A stretch of 64,000 nt of DNA from the human T2T-CHM13v2.0 reference genome, Homo sapiens. The notes under the pieces are model-generated. The model saw only the letters and a program-made list of their open reading frames with translations, searched no databases and was not told where the DNA came from. The number at the start of each line of letters is the position of its first letter. Position 1 is the stretch's first letter. The stretch is from assembly GCF_009914755.1 (NCBI RefSeq), contig NC_060931.1; one strand, written 5' to 3'. Shown here in pieces: positions 14,765 through 31,749 of the stretch. A program made the translations under genes and the position numbers.

Positions 14765-14981
14765 TGATGTACAAACAGGTAACTGTACCCAGGTGAGGTG
14801 AGAGTCACTCTCAGCCCACTTGGCTGCCTGCCTCCAGCCTCCTAGCTAAAGGAACAGAGAGAGGAACTGTGAAAAGATGTGGTGTGAGCAACTCCTCTGG
14901 AACTGGAGCCCATATGATTGAGGTGCTGTGTTCTAAGCCTGCTCTCCACTGCCAATCATTCACAGCGAGCAAAGGAGCCCA

Positions 14982-15214
14982 ATGTGATGGTTAAGACCAA
15001 AGGTCCCCAGGTTGAGCCTCTGACTCACCATTCATAACCTGTGTCACTTTGGATGAGTTACTTAACCCTCTGTGTACCGTGCACTTGATCTGCAAAATAA
15101 GGATGATAGTGTACTCATCTCATATTGTGGGTGGAAAAGAGTTACTTAGTAGAGGACATTAAGAACAGTGTCTGGCACATAGAAAGTCCCCAATAAATGC
15201 TAACCGTTATTATT
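14982..15214 (+). mobile_element. MIR
   Basis: GTGTCACTTTGGATGAGTTACTTAACC...AGTGTCTGGCACATAG...CAATAAATGCTA. Confidence 0.75.
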
Positions 15215-15627
15215 CAGAGACACGTCTCCCTGACCTCTTTAACTAATTGGCACATCGAAACGTATTTGCTTCTCCTGATTAGAAGAATTGTGAGAAAATC
15301 GAAAGGCATCAAACTTTCCTTCTGTCATTACTGCAAACTCTCTGGATAAGTTGCTTAGGGGTTAGTCTATGAGCCTTCGTTTTCTTACCTGCAAAACAAA
15401 AAGGTTGACCTAGATCATTATCACACAGAATCTTTTGAGCTTAAAACTTCTCACTGTTGCTCCATTTTCTCATAGCCAGGGATGGGAGGGAAAAAGCCAG
15501 AGTGTGCATACAAATGCTCCACCTGGCTCCTTCACAAAAGAGTCTGCACCTGCTGTGTTTTCCCAGGTGCACAGGAAAATGGTAGGTCACAAAAAAAGGG
15601 AAGAGAATGTGCTAGAAGAATCTGGCA

Positions 15628-15663
<36 letters not shown>

Positions 15664-15665
15664 AC
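15628..15665. repeat. (CT)n(CA)n microsatellite
   Basis: Read directly from the sequence. Confidence 0.9.
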
Positions 15666-16033
15666 TTCCATATAAGCTCTGCACAACTTGCTTCCTTCAA
15701 TGTTAAGCATTATCAGTGTAGAAGTCATGTCTGGTTTGTTTGTCTTGCTAGCCCCAGAGCCTGGCACAAGGCCTGGAATTGCATAGGTGCTCAGTCAATA
15801 TTTATTGAGTAAATGAGGCACAGGAGGTCCAGTTTGCAAAGCTCCATCACTCTGCAAGTCTAACAGCCTCAAGAGGTTATGTGGTCCTGTTTGTTGTCAC
15901 TGCAGTTCCAGATCCACCCTATAGATTCTATAGCCTCTCTTCTTTGGGGACAGAGTCTTCGTGAACTTTTAGGCAGCATGTGACAGCAGAAGAAGCACCA
16001 GCCAGGGGTTCAGGGTTCCTGATTTCTAGTCTC

Positions 16034-17041
<1,008 letters not shown>

Positions 17042-17361
17042 TCCATCTCACAGTTGACTCTCTGTGTATCCTTAGGCTTGTAGGGCTCACCCAGCCCCTC
17101 TGTGAAATGATATTGCCCCTTAAAAAATGTTAGCGATTGGGCCTAGAAGGAAACACATTAAGGTATTAATAGTGTTTACATCTCAATGCTAAAATTCCAC
17201 TGGACATCTAATTTCTTCCTTACACTTTTTCTGTATTTCCAAAATCTCTAACAATGGAAATGTGTTTTTATCAGAAGAAGAAACAGTGCATGCTATTAAA
17301 ATGTGAGCTCATTCTGGGCCCTGTTTTGCTTATTTAGAATAATTTTAAAACTATCATTTTT

Positions 17362-17669
17362 GGTCAGGCACAGTGGCTCATGATTGTAGTCCCAGCACTT
17401 CAAGAGACCAAGGCAGGAGGACTGCATGAGTCCAGGAGTTCGAGACCAGCCTGAACCACGTGGCGAAACCCGGTCTCTACCAAAAATACAAATATTGGCC
17501 AGGTATAGTGGCACACGCCTGTAGTCTCAGCTACTTGGGAGACTGAGGCAAGAGGACCACTTGTTCTTGGGTGGTGGAGGCTGCAGTGAGCTGAGATTGT
17601 GCTGCTGCAGTCCAGCCTGGGTGACAGTGAGACCGTGTCTCAAAAATAAACAAACAAACAAACAAAAAA
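17362..17669 (+). mobile_element. AluJ
   Basis: Dimer, (CAAA)n tail, TSD AAAACTAT.ATTTT. Confidence 0.93.
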
Positions 17670-18590
17670 CTATTATTTTGAGTACTTTCTCCCTTTATTT
17701 CTAAACCCAACACACATCACACATTCTCACCTCAGACAGCGGGATCTTCTGTTGATAGTAAAAAGTTAAGCTGCAGGGTGTTGGAAATGTCACCACAAAA
17801 CAGTATGGTATTAGCCAAGGCATTTAGCCTTTCACATACTGTGTCTCCTCTTTTTATAAAGCAAAGGGTCTAGATTAACATTGCTCTGGCTCTGAAATTT
17901 TATGCTTCCCTATGCAATCAGCTGGACGTACTTTGAGTGATCCTCTGGAGAAATCAGATGTGTGTTACTGGAACAAGAGCCACAAGGCTTGGGGGTTCGG
18001 TTTGCCATTCCCTCTGGAGAAACCTCCATGCCTTGCAAAGCATCATGTCTCCTGGAAAGAGAACTGGTTTTGTGAGGGCAACTGGGGATCCGTATCAGGC
18101 ACTTGAGTCCTCCTCAGACTGGCTGTGAGAAAAACAGAATCTCCCGATTAAATCTGTAGTGGAAAACATTCCAGCCAACTTTCTGGAGTCAGTAGTTGGA
18201 ATGATTCCAAAGTTATGAATGAATAACAACAATGACAAACATGTATCAAGGGCTATGTCAGTCATCACAGCCTCAGCCACTTTACCTCCCAATTCCTTGC
18301 CAAACAGGGAAGAAAACCTCTATTTGGAGGGGAGAAAGCATGCTTTGTTTCTCAGTCCCTCCTTTTGTCTATCTTTTTTTCTGTCCCTCCCATTGGCAGC
18401 CACAAAGCGAAGCTCGACTTTCAGTCTGCTAAGGAACAGCAGGTACTTGTTGGCAGTCACCAAGTTCTTAGAGGTGACTTCTAAAATGGTGAGCAACTGT
18501 AAATTGTTGTCCTCTGCTGATGGAAGTTCTCCAGTTTCCAGTACCTAAAAGGGAATGTAATACTAGTCATTAGGATTCTTTCTTAGCTGA

Positions 18591-18980
<390 letters not shown>

Positions 18981-19807
18981 TTCTTGTCCTACTTCTTGAT
19001 ACGAAAGATGATGGTTTACTTATCATCAATGCAGACTGCAGCTCAAAATTAAAGAGTTCATGAATATAGCTGAGGCCTAAGAAGAATGAGAATGTTTCTG
19101 TAATCTGACGTCTTTCAAGGGCTCAAAATAATTAGGGAGCTACTGTGTATAGAAAGACCTGGCACTACGGGAGCTCTAAGGGGCTCCTTGACCACATTCC
19201 TCTAAAGCTACTCAAGACCAGTGGGTCATTAATCAAGTCTCATAACAAAACTTGGGTGAAATTAATCATCTAAGAGGAGGCGTTCCTACATGCTCATCTA
19301 AGAAGCAGTGAGCCCTGCCTCTCTTCCCCTTCAGCCCACAGAAGCTCACAGAGGACCCTCCCTCCCCTACGCTTCTGAACCACTCAACATTAGAATAAGC
19401 CGACTTCCCCTTCATTGCAATGAATCTCTCAGACACTGACCTAGCACTTTTCATGTGCCAATCATCAGTCAGGACCTGGAGGAATTAGCAAAATAAGATT
19501 ATTTAGGCTGTGAGCAGAATGCAAGTCACAAAGAGACATAGATAGCAATGTTTTCTCTTTCGTCATATGGACAGAATCAGGGATGGGACCAGAAGCACAA
19601 TTGCAAAGTCAAAACTGGAAACAAATAAATGCTGAGATGGAGGCTGAGTACAAGAAACTCTGGAAACCCAAGAGAAAAAGTGATCTGTTCAATGTGGGAA
19701 GTTTAGGGAAGGCTTCCCAGTAATTTACAGCAGAATGACAGTCATAGGAATGGCTATTAGTGGACAGGCATGAACATATTTATTTGGTTATGTTAGAGTT
19801 GCCTGAT

Positions 19808-19940
19808 GGGTCGGGCATGGTGGCTCATGCCTATAATCCCAGCACTTTGGGAGGCTGAGACAAGAGGATCACTTGAGCTCAGAAGTTCGAGACCAGCCTA
19901 GGCAACATAGTGAAACCGCCGTCTCTCTCTCTCTGAAAAA
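19808..19940 (+). mobile_element. FLAM / Alu left monomer
   Basis: Single left arm with degenerate TSD ending TGC.TGAT. Confidence 0.85.
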
Positions 19941-20541
19941 GAGAACTGCTTGATGATGGATTTTGGATGGAACAATAGAAAAGAGAAGAGTTAAAATTAA
20001 ACTCCAAGTTACTGCCTTTTATACCTAGGTGATGGTGGTGCCACTTACCAACAAGGGAAGGACCGGGGTAGACAGCTTTATCAGATTTATGCCACTAGCA
20101 CTGCCAAGGACCCCTGAAAAGTGCCAGTTGACCTCAGCATCCTGCGTGTATTCATGGTCCATATGAAAGAGTTTGAGATCCAGGAATGGTAGAGACGGCA
20201 CTGCATTGGAAGAAGTACTAAGACATCCAAGTGTCCACTTCCATATTCCCAATGAGCACAAATGCTGTCTCTTAGGGTTCATGTATTGATGCCAACTTTC
20301 AGGAGGACTCCTCTAGTTTCTACTGGAGGACCAAAAAAGGAAGAAAGCCATGACATTAACAAGCACAACAGGAAAACAAGGAAGAGTAAACGGTCCTCAT
20401 CCTTCCTTCTGCAGATTTCCAACCTCCCTGCATTGCCCTGTGCTGGCAGAGCCTAACTTGGAACCCACTGACAAAGAAATGTGATGTGGCTGAGTCCCAG
20501 CCCCAACACAGCAAAATACAGTACAGGATAGTTTTGGAGCT

Positions 20542-20962
20542 TGACATGGTTTCGATATTTGTCCCCTCCAAATCTCATATTGAAATTTGATTCTAATGTT
20601 TGAAGTGGGGCTAAGTGGAAAGTGTTTGGGTCATGGGGGTGGATCCCTCATGAATGGCTTGGTGCCCTCCCTGCAGTAACTAGTGAGTTCTTGTTCTATT
20701 AGTTCACACAACACCTCGTTGTTTAAAAGAACCTGGCATCTCTCTTCTTCTCTCTCCTGCTCCCTCTCTCACCATGTGACACATCAACTCTGCTCCTTCT
20801 ACCATGATTGAAAGCTTCCCGAGGTCCTCACCAGAAGCAGGCACTATGCTGGCACTATGCTTCTTGCACAGCCTGCAGAACTGTGAGCCAAATAAACCTC
20901 TTTTCTTTGTCAATTACTTAGTCTCAGGTATTCCTTTACAGCAATGCAAAATGGACAGATAG
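20542..20962 (+). mobile_element. MSTB-type MaLR solo LTR
   Basis: TGACATGGTTTCGATATTTGTCCCCTCCAAATCTCAT...GCCTGCAGAACTGTGAGCCAAATAAACC. Confidence 0.85.
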
Positions 20963-21034
20963 AGGGCTGAAAAACAAGAGTTTAATTACCTGCACACCAT
21001 TCAGGACCTCCACCCACACCCACTGACACCTTGA

Positions 21035-21151
<117 letters not shown>

Positions 21152-21657
21152 TGACTCCCCTCAGCCATAGAAGGCCCCACCCCTGTCTGTGCACAGATGA
21201 ATATGAATCAAGAATGGTGCCCAGTGGGCAATGAAAATGACCCTTCCTGCGGGGAGTTACTGAAACACAACTTAAGGTTCCTGAGATTGCTACCATCAGC
21301 AGTCCAACTTCTCCTTTCAGAAACTCTCACTGCATAATCATCACAAGGACCTCCCTAGAGGTATCAGATGCTAAGTTATACTTACCCAATAAGAATGGCC
21401 TCAGGCAAGAAGGAACCCCACAGGAAGAACGAATTGACCCTCACAAGAACAATCATTTATTCCTGTCATGGGATACCCACTGTAGCCCCTATTTCTCAAG
21501 GCTTGGCCTCCTCCCTGGATTACAGTTCTTAGTGACCTCTCAGTGTCTTCTTAGTTTTTTTGTTTGTTTGTTTGTTTTTCTGGGAGCCACCTTTAATATT
21601 ATCCATGACTCTGTATTCAGATCATGGACTGTGCTTCAGTGGATAGATACCTAGTCC

Positions 21658-23330
21658 TGACCCTGTGAACTTACGACTTTGAACTCTTCCTCATGCCAAC
21701 ATATGCTGAACTTCAAAGGCTTCCAAAGGGGAAAAGAATTGTGACCTTGAACTCTTCCCCATGCCAACACCATGCTGAACCTTAATAAGAGCTTCCAAAG
21801 GGGAGAAAGAATCCCGACCTTGACCTTTTCCTTATGCCAACACCATACTGAACCACAAAGGCTTCCAAAGGAGAAAAGAATTCTGACCTTGAACTCTTCT
21901 CCATGCAAACACCATGCTGAACCACAAAGGCTTCCAAAGGAGAAAAGAATTCTGACCTTGAACTCTTCCCCATGCAAACACCATGCTGAACCACAAGGAC
22001 TTCCAAAGGAGAAAGAAATTCTGACTTTGAACTCTTCCCCATGACAACACCATGCTGAACCTTAATAAGAGCTTCCAAAGGAGAAAAGAATTCTGACTTT
22101 GAACTCTTCACCATGCTGAACCACAAGGGTTTCCAAAGAGGCAAAGAATTCTGACCTTGGATTCTTCCCCATGCAAACACCACGTTGAAGCTTAAGAGCT
22201 TCCAAAGGAGAAAAGAATTCTGACCTTGAATTCTTCCCCATGCCAACACCACGCTGAACCTTAAGAGCTTCCAAAGGAGAAAAGAATTCTGACCTTGAAC
22301 TCTTCCCCATGCCAACACCATGCTGAACCACAAGGGCTTCCAAAGAGGCAAAGAACTGTGACCTTGAGCTCTTCCCCATGCCAACACCATGCTGAACCTT
22401 AATAAGAGCTTCCAAAGGGGAGAAAGAATCCCGACCTTGACCTTTTCCTTATGCAAACACCATGCTGAACCACAAGGACTTCCAAAGGAGAAAAAAATTC
22501 TGACTTTGAACTCTTCTCCATGACAACACCATGCTGAACCTTAATAAGAGCTTCCAAAGGAGAAAAGAATTCTAACTTTGAACTCTTCACCATGTTGAAC
22601 CACAAGGGTTTCCAAAGAGGCAAAGAATTCTGACCTTGGACTCTTCCCCATGCAAACACCACGTTGAAACTTAGGAGCTTCCAAAGGAGAAAAGAATTCT
22701 GACCTTGAACTCTTCCCCATGCAGACACCATGTTGAACTTTAAGAGCTTCCAAAGGAGAAAAAAATTCTGACTTTGAACTCTTCCCCATGCCAACACCAC
22801 ACTGAACCTTAATAAGAGCTTCCAAAGGAGAAAAGAATTGTGACCTTGAACTCTTCCCCATGCCAACACCACGCTGAACCTTAATAAGAGCTTCCAAAGG
22901 GGAAAAAGAATCCCGACCTTGACCTTTTCCTTATGCCAACACCATGCAGAACCTTAAGAGCTTCCAAAGGAGAAAAGAATTGTGATCTTGAACTCTTCCC
23001 CATGCCAACACCACGCTGAACCTTAATAAGAGCTTCCAAAGGGGAAGAAGAATCCCGACCTTGACCTTTTCCTTATGCCAACACCATGCGTAACCTTAAG
23101 AGCTTCCAAAGGAGAAAAGAATTGTGACCTTGAACTCTTCCCCATGCCAACACCATGCTGAACCACAAGGGCTTCCGAAGAGGCAAAGAATTGTGACCTT
23201 GAGCTCTTCTCCATGCCAACACCATGCTGAACCTTAAAGACTTCCAAACGGGGAAGAAATTCTGACCTTGAACTCCTTCCTATGCCAACACTATGCTGAA
23301 CCTCAGGGGCTTCCAAAGGGAAAAAGAATT
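21658..23330. repeat. Minisatellite (VNTR-like), ~24 units of 58-72 bp
   Basis: Consensus TTCCAAAGGAGAAAAGAATTCTGACCTTGAACTCTTCCCCATGCCAACACCATGCTGAACC(TTAAGAGC/ACAAGGGC). Confidence 0.97.
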
Positions 23331-24492
23331 AGGGCAGATGTACACCCCTGACCAGAGCCAACCAGAGAGGGGATTAGTATGAACATAATCTCAAGATCAT
23401 CCCAACCATACCCCCTATTTACTCCCTCTCTGGGAGACTAATAGAGCCCATTAAAAAATATATATACTATGCCAATGTCTGGAGTTCTCTAAAAAAGAAT
23501 AGGCCAATTCTACAAAGACAAACAGGGGAAAATCCTGAGTATCCAGAGGCCTGTAAAATGGAGACAATTGTGCCTACTGCACAGACTCCTCTGAGGTCAG
23601 AAGAGATGAAAGCACAGCTGTCAGTGAACTGGAGAATATGTAATATCAGTGGAAGAATTGTTGATACCACGTATGCACTTGATCGAAGACAATTTCCAAG
23701 TTGATAGAAGAGTAAGAGGAAAAGCATCAAAAGCAAATCTGCTTGACCTCTTTTTTTTAATCACTGCATTTCATCAGCAACTTTTGCTGTTCCCCTGCAG
23801 AACAAACTTTATTCCACCTCAGAAGGGAGCAGGTGAACACAGTTGTTTACGTGTTCCAGAAGCTATCAGGCTGACTTCAACACACACTTAGAACAAGCCC
23901 CATTTTATCCAAGTGAATAATATGGTTTCCCTTCTGTAAGCAAAACCATGATATATAGGCAAACTCCACGTTAATTGGATAAACCAGTGGTAAAGCCCCA
24001 GAAGAACAATTAACTTGCATGTGAAATACTCCCAGCTGAAATCTTGGAAAATTTGCATGTAATTAGTACTCCCTTCCAGCTCTCCGAAGTATAAAATACA
24101 ATACATTAGGGCTTGTAACACTAATATCGCTGAGAACACAGCTAATGTGGGAAGTCTAATTCGCCACTAATATGCAGATGCCAAGCTAGTTGGTGCTTGC
24201 TTTCACCTGTTTTGGCTAATTGTTTTCGGTGTGATTTAGAAACTCCATACCTTATGATGCAGTTGTACCTGATGCAACAACTCACCAGTGCTGGACTGTG
24301 GGAGGTCACATCATTTAGACTGCAAATTCAGAAGTGACTTTCGAGGAAATTTGGTCCCGTTCCCAAGCAATAAAGCCGTCGCATCATAATCAGCTTAGAA
24401 CAATTTGCCAATGATAGTTTTCTGTGTTGCGCCATCAGAGATTCTGATTCAGCAAGTCCTCGTTGGATCTCATACATCTCAATTAAAAATCA

Positions 24493-25287
<795 letters not shown>

Positions 25288-25504
25288 TCAGTTCCAGTCA
25301 AAAGTGGTTGCTTGTGTCCCATGTTGAGAGGTCTTCTAAGGCTGCAGCTGGATTCAGTGGAAGAGATTGCCAAGTTGATTAGTACTCTGTAGGTGCAGGT
25401 GACGGCAGCATTCCTGCCTATATTTTTCACCCCTGATAGGAGATATGTACTTGAAATCCCATTCAATAGCTTTCAGTTTGTAAAGATTAAAAACGGTGGT
25501 TTAC

Positions 25505-25756
25505 ACATAAGTGGGAGCTGAATGATGAGAACACATGGACACGTGCTGGGAAACAACACACACTGGGGCCTGTTTGCGGGGGGATGGGGAAGGAGAGCAT
25601 CAGAAAAACAGCTAATGGATGCCAGGCTTAATACCTAGGTGGTAAGATGATCTGTGCAGCAAGCTGCCATGACATATGTTTACATACGTTTACCTACATA
25701 ACAAACCTGCACATCCTGCACGTGTACCCCTGAACTTACAACAACAATAGTTGAAG
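25505..25756 (+). mobile_element. L1PA-type 3' end (5'-truncated)
   Basis: ATAAGTGGGAGCTGAATGATGAGAACACATGGACAC...AACAAACCTGCACATCCTGCAC; outer TSD AAAAACGGT. Confidence 0.9.
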
Positions 25757-26059
25757 GGCCGGGTGCGGTGGCTCACACCTATAATCCCGGCATTTTGAGG
25801 GGCCAAGGCAGTTGGATCACCTAAGGTCAGGAGTTCGAGACCAGCCTGGCCAACATGGTGAAACCCCATTTTTACTAAAAATACAAAAATTAGCCGGGGG
25901 TGATGGCAGGTGCCTGTAATCCCAGCTACTCAGGAGGCTGAGGCAGGAGAATCGCTTGAACTCAGGAGGCGGTGGTTGCAGTGAGCCATTGGTGCCAGAG
26001 TGCATTGCACCATTGCACTCCAGTCTGGGCGACAGAGTAAGATTCCATCTCAAAAAAAA
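25757..26059 (+). mobile_element. AluS inserted in the L1 tail
   Basis: TSD GTTGAAG. Confidence 0.95.
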
Positions 26060-26109
26060 GGTTGAAGGAAAAAAAACGGTCTAGTTCATGCACTGGCCTT
26101 CTATTAGAA

Positions 26110-26332
26110 TAGGGGTGGTCCAGACTTTTGGCTTTCCTGGGCCACACTGGAAGAAGAAGAATTGTCTTGGGTCAGACATAAAATACACTAACAGTAACAA
26201 TAGCTGATGAGCTAAAAAAAAAATTGAAAAAATTTTATAATGTTTTAAGGAAGTTTACAAATTTGTGCTGGGCCACATTCAAAGCCATCCTAGACCACAT
26301 GCAGCCTGTGGGCCAGGGGTTGGAGAAGCTTG
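26110..26332 (+). mobile_element. MER30 hAT-Charlie element
   Basis: GGGCCACACTGGAAGAAGAAGAATTGTCTTGGG motif; 8 bp TSD TATTAGAA/TGTTAGAA. Confidence 0.85.
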
Positions 26333-26350
26333 TGTTAGAATATTGCAATG

Positions 26351-26603
26351 GATGGCGGGGCACAGTGGCTCACTCCTGTAATCTCAACAGTTTGGGAGTC
26401 CGAGGCAGGTGGATCACCTGAGGTCAGGAGTTCGAGACCAGCTAGGCATGGTGGTGCATGCCTGTAATCCCAGCTCCTCGGGAGGCTGACGCATGAGAAT
26501 TGCTTGAACCTGGGATGTGGAGGTTGCAGCAGTGAGCCAAGATCATATCACTGCACTCCAGCCTGGGCGACAGAGCGAGACTCCATCAAAAAAAAAAAAA
26601 AAA
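26351..26603 (+). mobile_element. AluS with internal deletion spanning the A-linker
   Basis: GAGACCAGC joined directly to TAGGCATGGTGG; TSD ATATTGCAA. Confidence 0.9.
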
Positions 26604-26685
26604 GTATATTGCAAGGGAAACAATAGGAGATCAGAGTCTGAAAACTTGTTTTTAGCTGTAACTCCAGCACTTCCCAACAGTATTA

Positions 26686-26730
26686 TTAAGTCGGTGCAAA
26701 AGCAATTGTGGGTTTTGTCATTGAAAGTAA
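26686..26730. mobile_element. Half MADE1 (Hsmar1 MITE)
   Basis: TTAAGTCGGTGCAAAAGCAATTGTGGGTTTTGTCATTGAAAGTAA resembles one arm of MADE1. Confidence 0.75.
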
Positions 26731-27507
26731 CTTCTCAATACCTTGAGAAATTTGCCTAACCCTCCAAGTGTCGAGTGCTCGTTTATCAAATAAGGACATG
26801 ATATCTGCCTGACTTAGCACATGAGATTATTTTAAGGAAACTCAAATAAGCCTGCGAATGTGAAGAAGCTTTGAAAATATTAACACTTTATTTAAAAAGG
26901 TAAAGTACTCTTACTGTCAGTATACTCTCAAACATTAGCGGTATTTTCCCAGGAGTATGGGAGCTTCAGCAGGTAGCCGAATGTATACATGTTGTAATAG
27001 AGAATTCAAAACACTGAGCCCTTCTTCACATAATGATATCGAGACTTCTTTTGTTATCAGAACAAAGGCTTGCTCAAAGCCAGAGCAATCAGAAAGTGGG
27101 TTTGCCTGATTTTCAAATGGCTTTTGTAAATATTTTATAAACATCTACCTCTCTGCTTTTCTCTCTGCCTTGAACTGCAAGCCTGATGGCTGATTGGAAT
27201 TCTACTGACTGGCCCTTTGCTTAAGCACATTCTATGCAATTGTGTCACTCAAATGGTAACTTGGCCTAATGGGCCTCACTGACTCCTGGTATTTTGAACT
27301 GAATACACTTAATTTGTTAGATGCTGGACAACATAGACACTGCCTAGCCTGAAAGCACCAGATCGTAAAAGTGATGGAATGATCGGGTATGATTTGATAT
27401 TAATCTCCTTAAGGGCAGAGAATAGGTCTTACAGTTTCCTAGTCTTTTTTCTTTCTTTCTTTCTTTTTTTTTTTTTAATTTGAGATGAGTCTCAAACCTG
27501 TGTTTTA

Positions 27508-27682
<175 letters not shown>

Positions 27683-27708
27683 TTAATGTAAAGTAAAGAA
27701 AATAGGTA

Positions 27709-28152
<444 letters not shown>

Positions 28153-29142
28153 TCACTGTTAGAGCGATATTCTCATATTTAAAAATAAATGGCATTGATT
28201 TAGCATTAGTGCCTTTTTATATAAGAATTTATCTCAACAGAACTTTTAAAGATATAAAACATACAGTTTATGTAGCCTCAGGTTTCTTAGAGCCAAATCA
28301 AACCGAATAATAAAGTAAAATGGAATAATAAAATGATCAAATAGTGTAAGATCAAGTCAGGGATGATTTGGAAGCAGCTTTTATAATTACTATGCTGGAA
28401 GCAGTCTCTGTAGATTCAGCAGAACTGAATCATGAAATGAATTAAGACCATACCAAATTATTAATACTTTTCATATGCTGTGAAAAGCTTCTCTTCATGC
28501 CTCTCTGGGAACTGGTGCAAAATGTCTTGCAGAGCAGGCAGGGCAAATTGAGGAAAATTAATAAATAGGATAATGCTTATTGTTCCTTAATATCCACTTG
28601 TCTAATCCTTTGAACATCTGTGGGTCTTTATTCTTTTCAAAGAACTTTGAAGCGCTTTATCTCTTTTCATCTTCCTAACACCTTGAGTAAATCAAGATGC
28701 AGTCAGTGGTTCAGAGGTTTTTAGACCTCAGGCTCTGACACTCTTAGCTCTGCACCTGCCGGCAAGTTCTTAACTGGTCCGTGCTCCCCTGGCCCCACCT
28801 ATATGATGATTGACAGCAGAATGCAATTGTTGAGTGCGGTTGCTAAATGCAGTTAGTAATACCTTCAGGGTCCACCTCAGTTTAGGGGCTGAGGTTACTC
28901 TCACCCAGCACTGTCATTTTTTTTCTCTCTCTCTCTTTCATGGTTCTACTATATTTTCTTCCAAATTTAAAATCGACAACCAAAAAAGCAAACCCGATAG
29001 GCCGTCATCGTTCTGTGTTGCTTGCAGCTATGAGCCCTCAATGACACAGAAATCCACCAGCTTTGTGACCTTGGGGAAGACACTGTACTTCTCCTGTCTC
29101 AGTTTCTTCATGCAATACCAACCTCAAAAGTTTTGGGGCGGG

Positions 29143-29441
29143 GGCTTGGTGTGGTGTCTCACGCTTGTATTCCCAGCACTTTGGGAGGCCGAGGTGGGCA
29201 GATCACCGGAAGTCAGTTCAATACCAGCCTGGCCAATATGATGAAACCCGGTCTCTACTAAAAATACAGAAGTTAGCCGCGTATGGTGCCAGGCGCCTGT
29301 AATTCCAGCTACTCAGGAGACTGAGGCAGGAGAATCACTTCAACCCAGGAGGCAAAGGTTGTAGTGAGCCGAGATCGCACCACTGCACTCCAGCCTGCGT
29401 GATAGAGCGAGACTCAGTCTCCAAAAAAAAAAAAAAAAAAA
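29143..29441 (+). mobile_element. AluS inserted in a MIR
   Basis: TSD AAAGTTTTGGG. Confidence 0.93.
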
Positions 29442-29554
29442 GTTTTGGGAGGGTGAATGGGTTAAGGTATAGGATGTGTCACAGGGCTTGGCTCCTGAGA
29501 AGCATTTAATAAATAATAGAGCAAAGAGAAGAATGGAGTAACTGAGCGAGTTAT

Positions 29555-29800
29555 TACAGGGGTACTCGGGCCAGGTCAATTCCACCCAACATGGGATTCC
29601 TTGAGTGGGCAATTTGTTTTCTGGAACTCTCCATTGGGCTAGCAGAGGCTTTGTCAGACCTGCATTGTTTGGACAGCTCTTTCTGCTGAACGCTGCATTT
29701 TTCTTCCTTATCATTTATAGATGTTACTTCCCTGTGACATTTTGCATTCCTAATTCTCTCAGCATCTGCTTCCAGAGGCACCAGGGGCCTACCTAATCAT
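29555..29800 (+). mobile_element. LTR16-like ERVL LTR fragment
   Basis: CCATTGGGCTAGCAGAGGCTTTGTCAGACCTGCAT and CTCAGCATCTGCTTCCAGAG. Confidence 0.5.
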
Positions 29801-29845
29801 GATACCTATCTGGGCAGACCATTGCAAAATAATGCAGATTAAGTT

Positions 29846-30473
<628 letters not shown>

Positions 30474-30727
30474 CTAGCGTTGCCCTGTGATAAGTGCTGC
30501 GTAAATGTTAGCTGCTGCTGCCATGCACCCTTCATCCACCTGTTTTACTCTTAGAAGAATGTAAGCAGTTAAATGATTAACAAACTAAAATAAGTTTGCT
30601 CTACCAGTCAGTGACTTAAAAAGTTGTCATCTCAGTGGAGACTTCTTGACAGTCACATTTTATTTGACTTTGTGTGTCAGTCGTAGCCAATAAATCATAT
30701 CTGGGTCACTCTCAAGAGTGTAAAGTG

Positions 30728-31144
<417 letters not shown>

Positions 31145-31347
31145 CTAAAGAGGCAGAAGTCCAGGTGGTTCTCTGTAGACTCTTTGCTACATGATAATGA
31201 CCTGTTTCTTGGACTTTTTCTGTTATGTCTCAACTGGCTAGCTTTATCTTTTCACAGTTGCATCTCAATTGATTACCTTTATGGCATGGGTTGATAGTAA
31301 CCTCTAAATGGCACGTGGTGGTTTTCAAAATGTACAAACCCCTCTGA

Positions 31348-31749
<402 letters not shown>

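Noticed and set aside
18455-18479. AGTCACC...GGTGACT hairpin
   Set aside because: A 7 bp stem is expected by chance in 64 kb.
21651-23316. Overlapping 73-224 aa repetitive ORFs
   Set aside because: Artefact of 69/72 bp (multiple-of-three) repeat units being open in several frames.
21658-23330. CRISPR-like array
   Set aside because: Units are contiguous with no unique spacers, there are no cas genes, and the DNA is primate.
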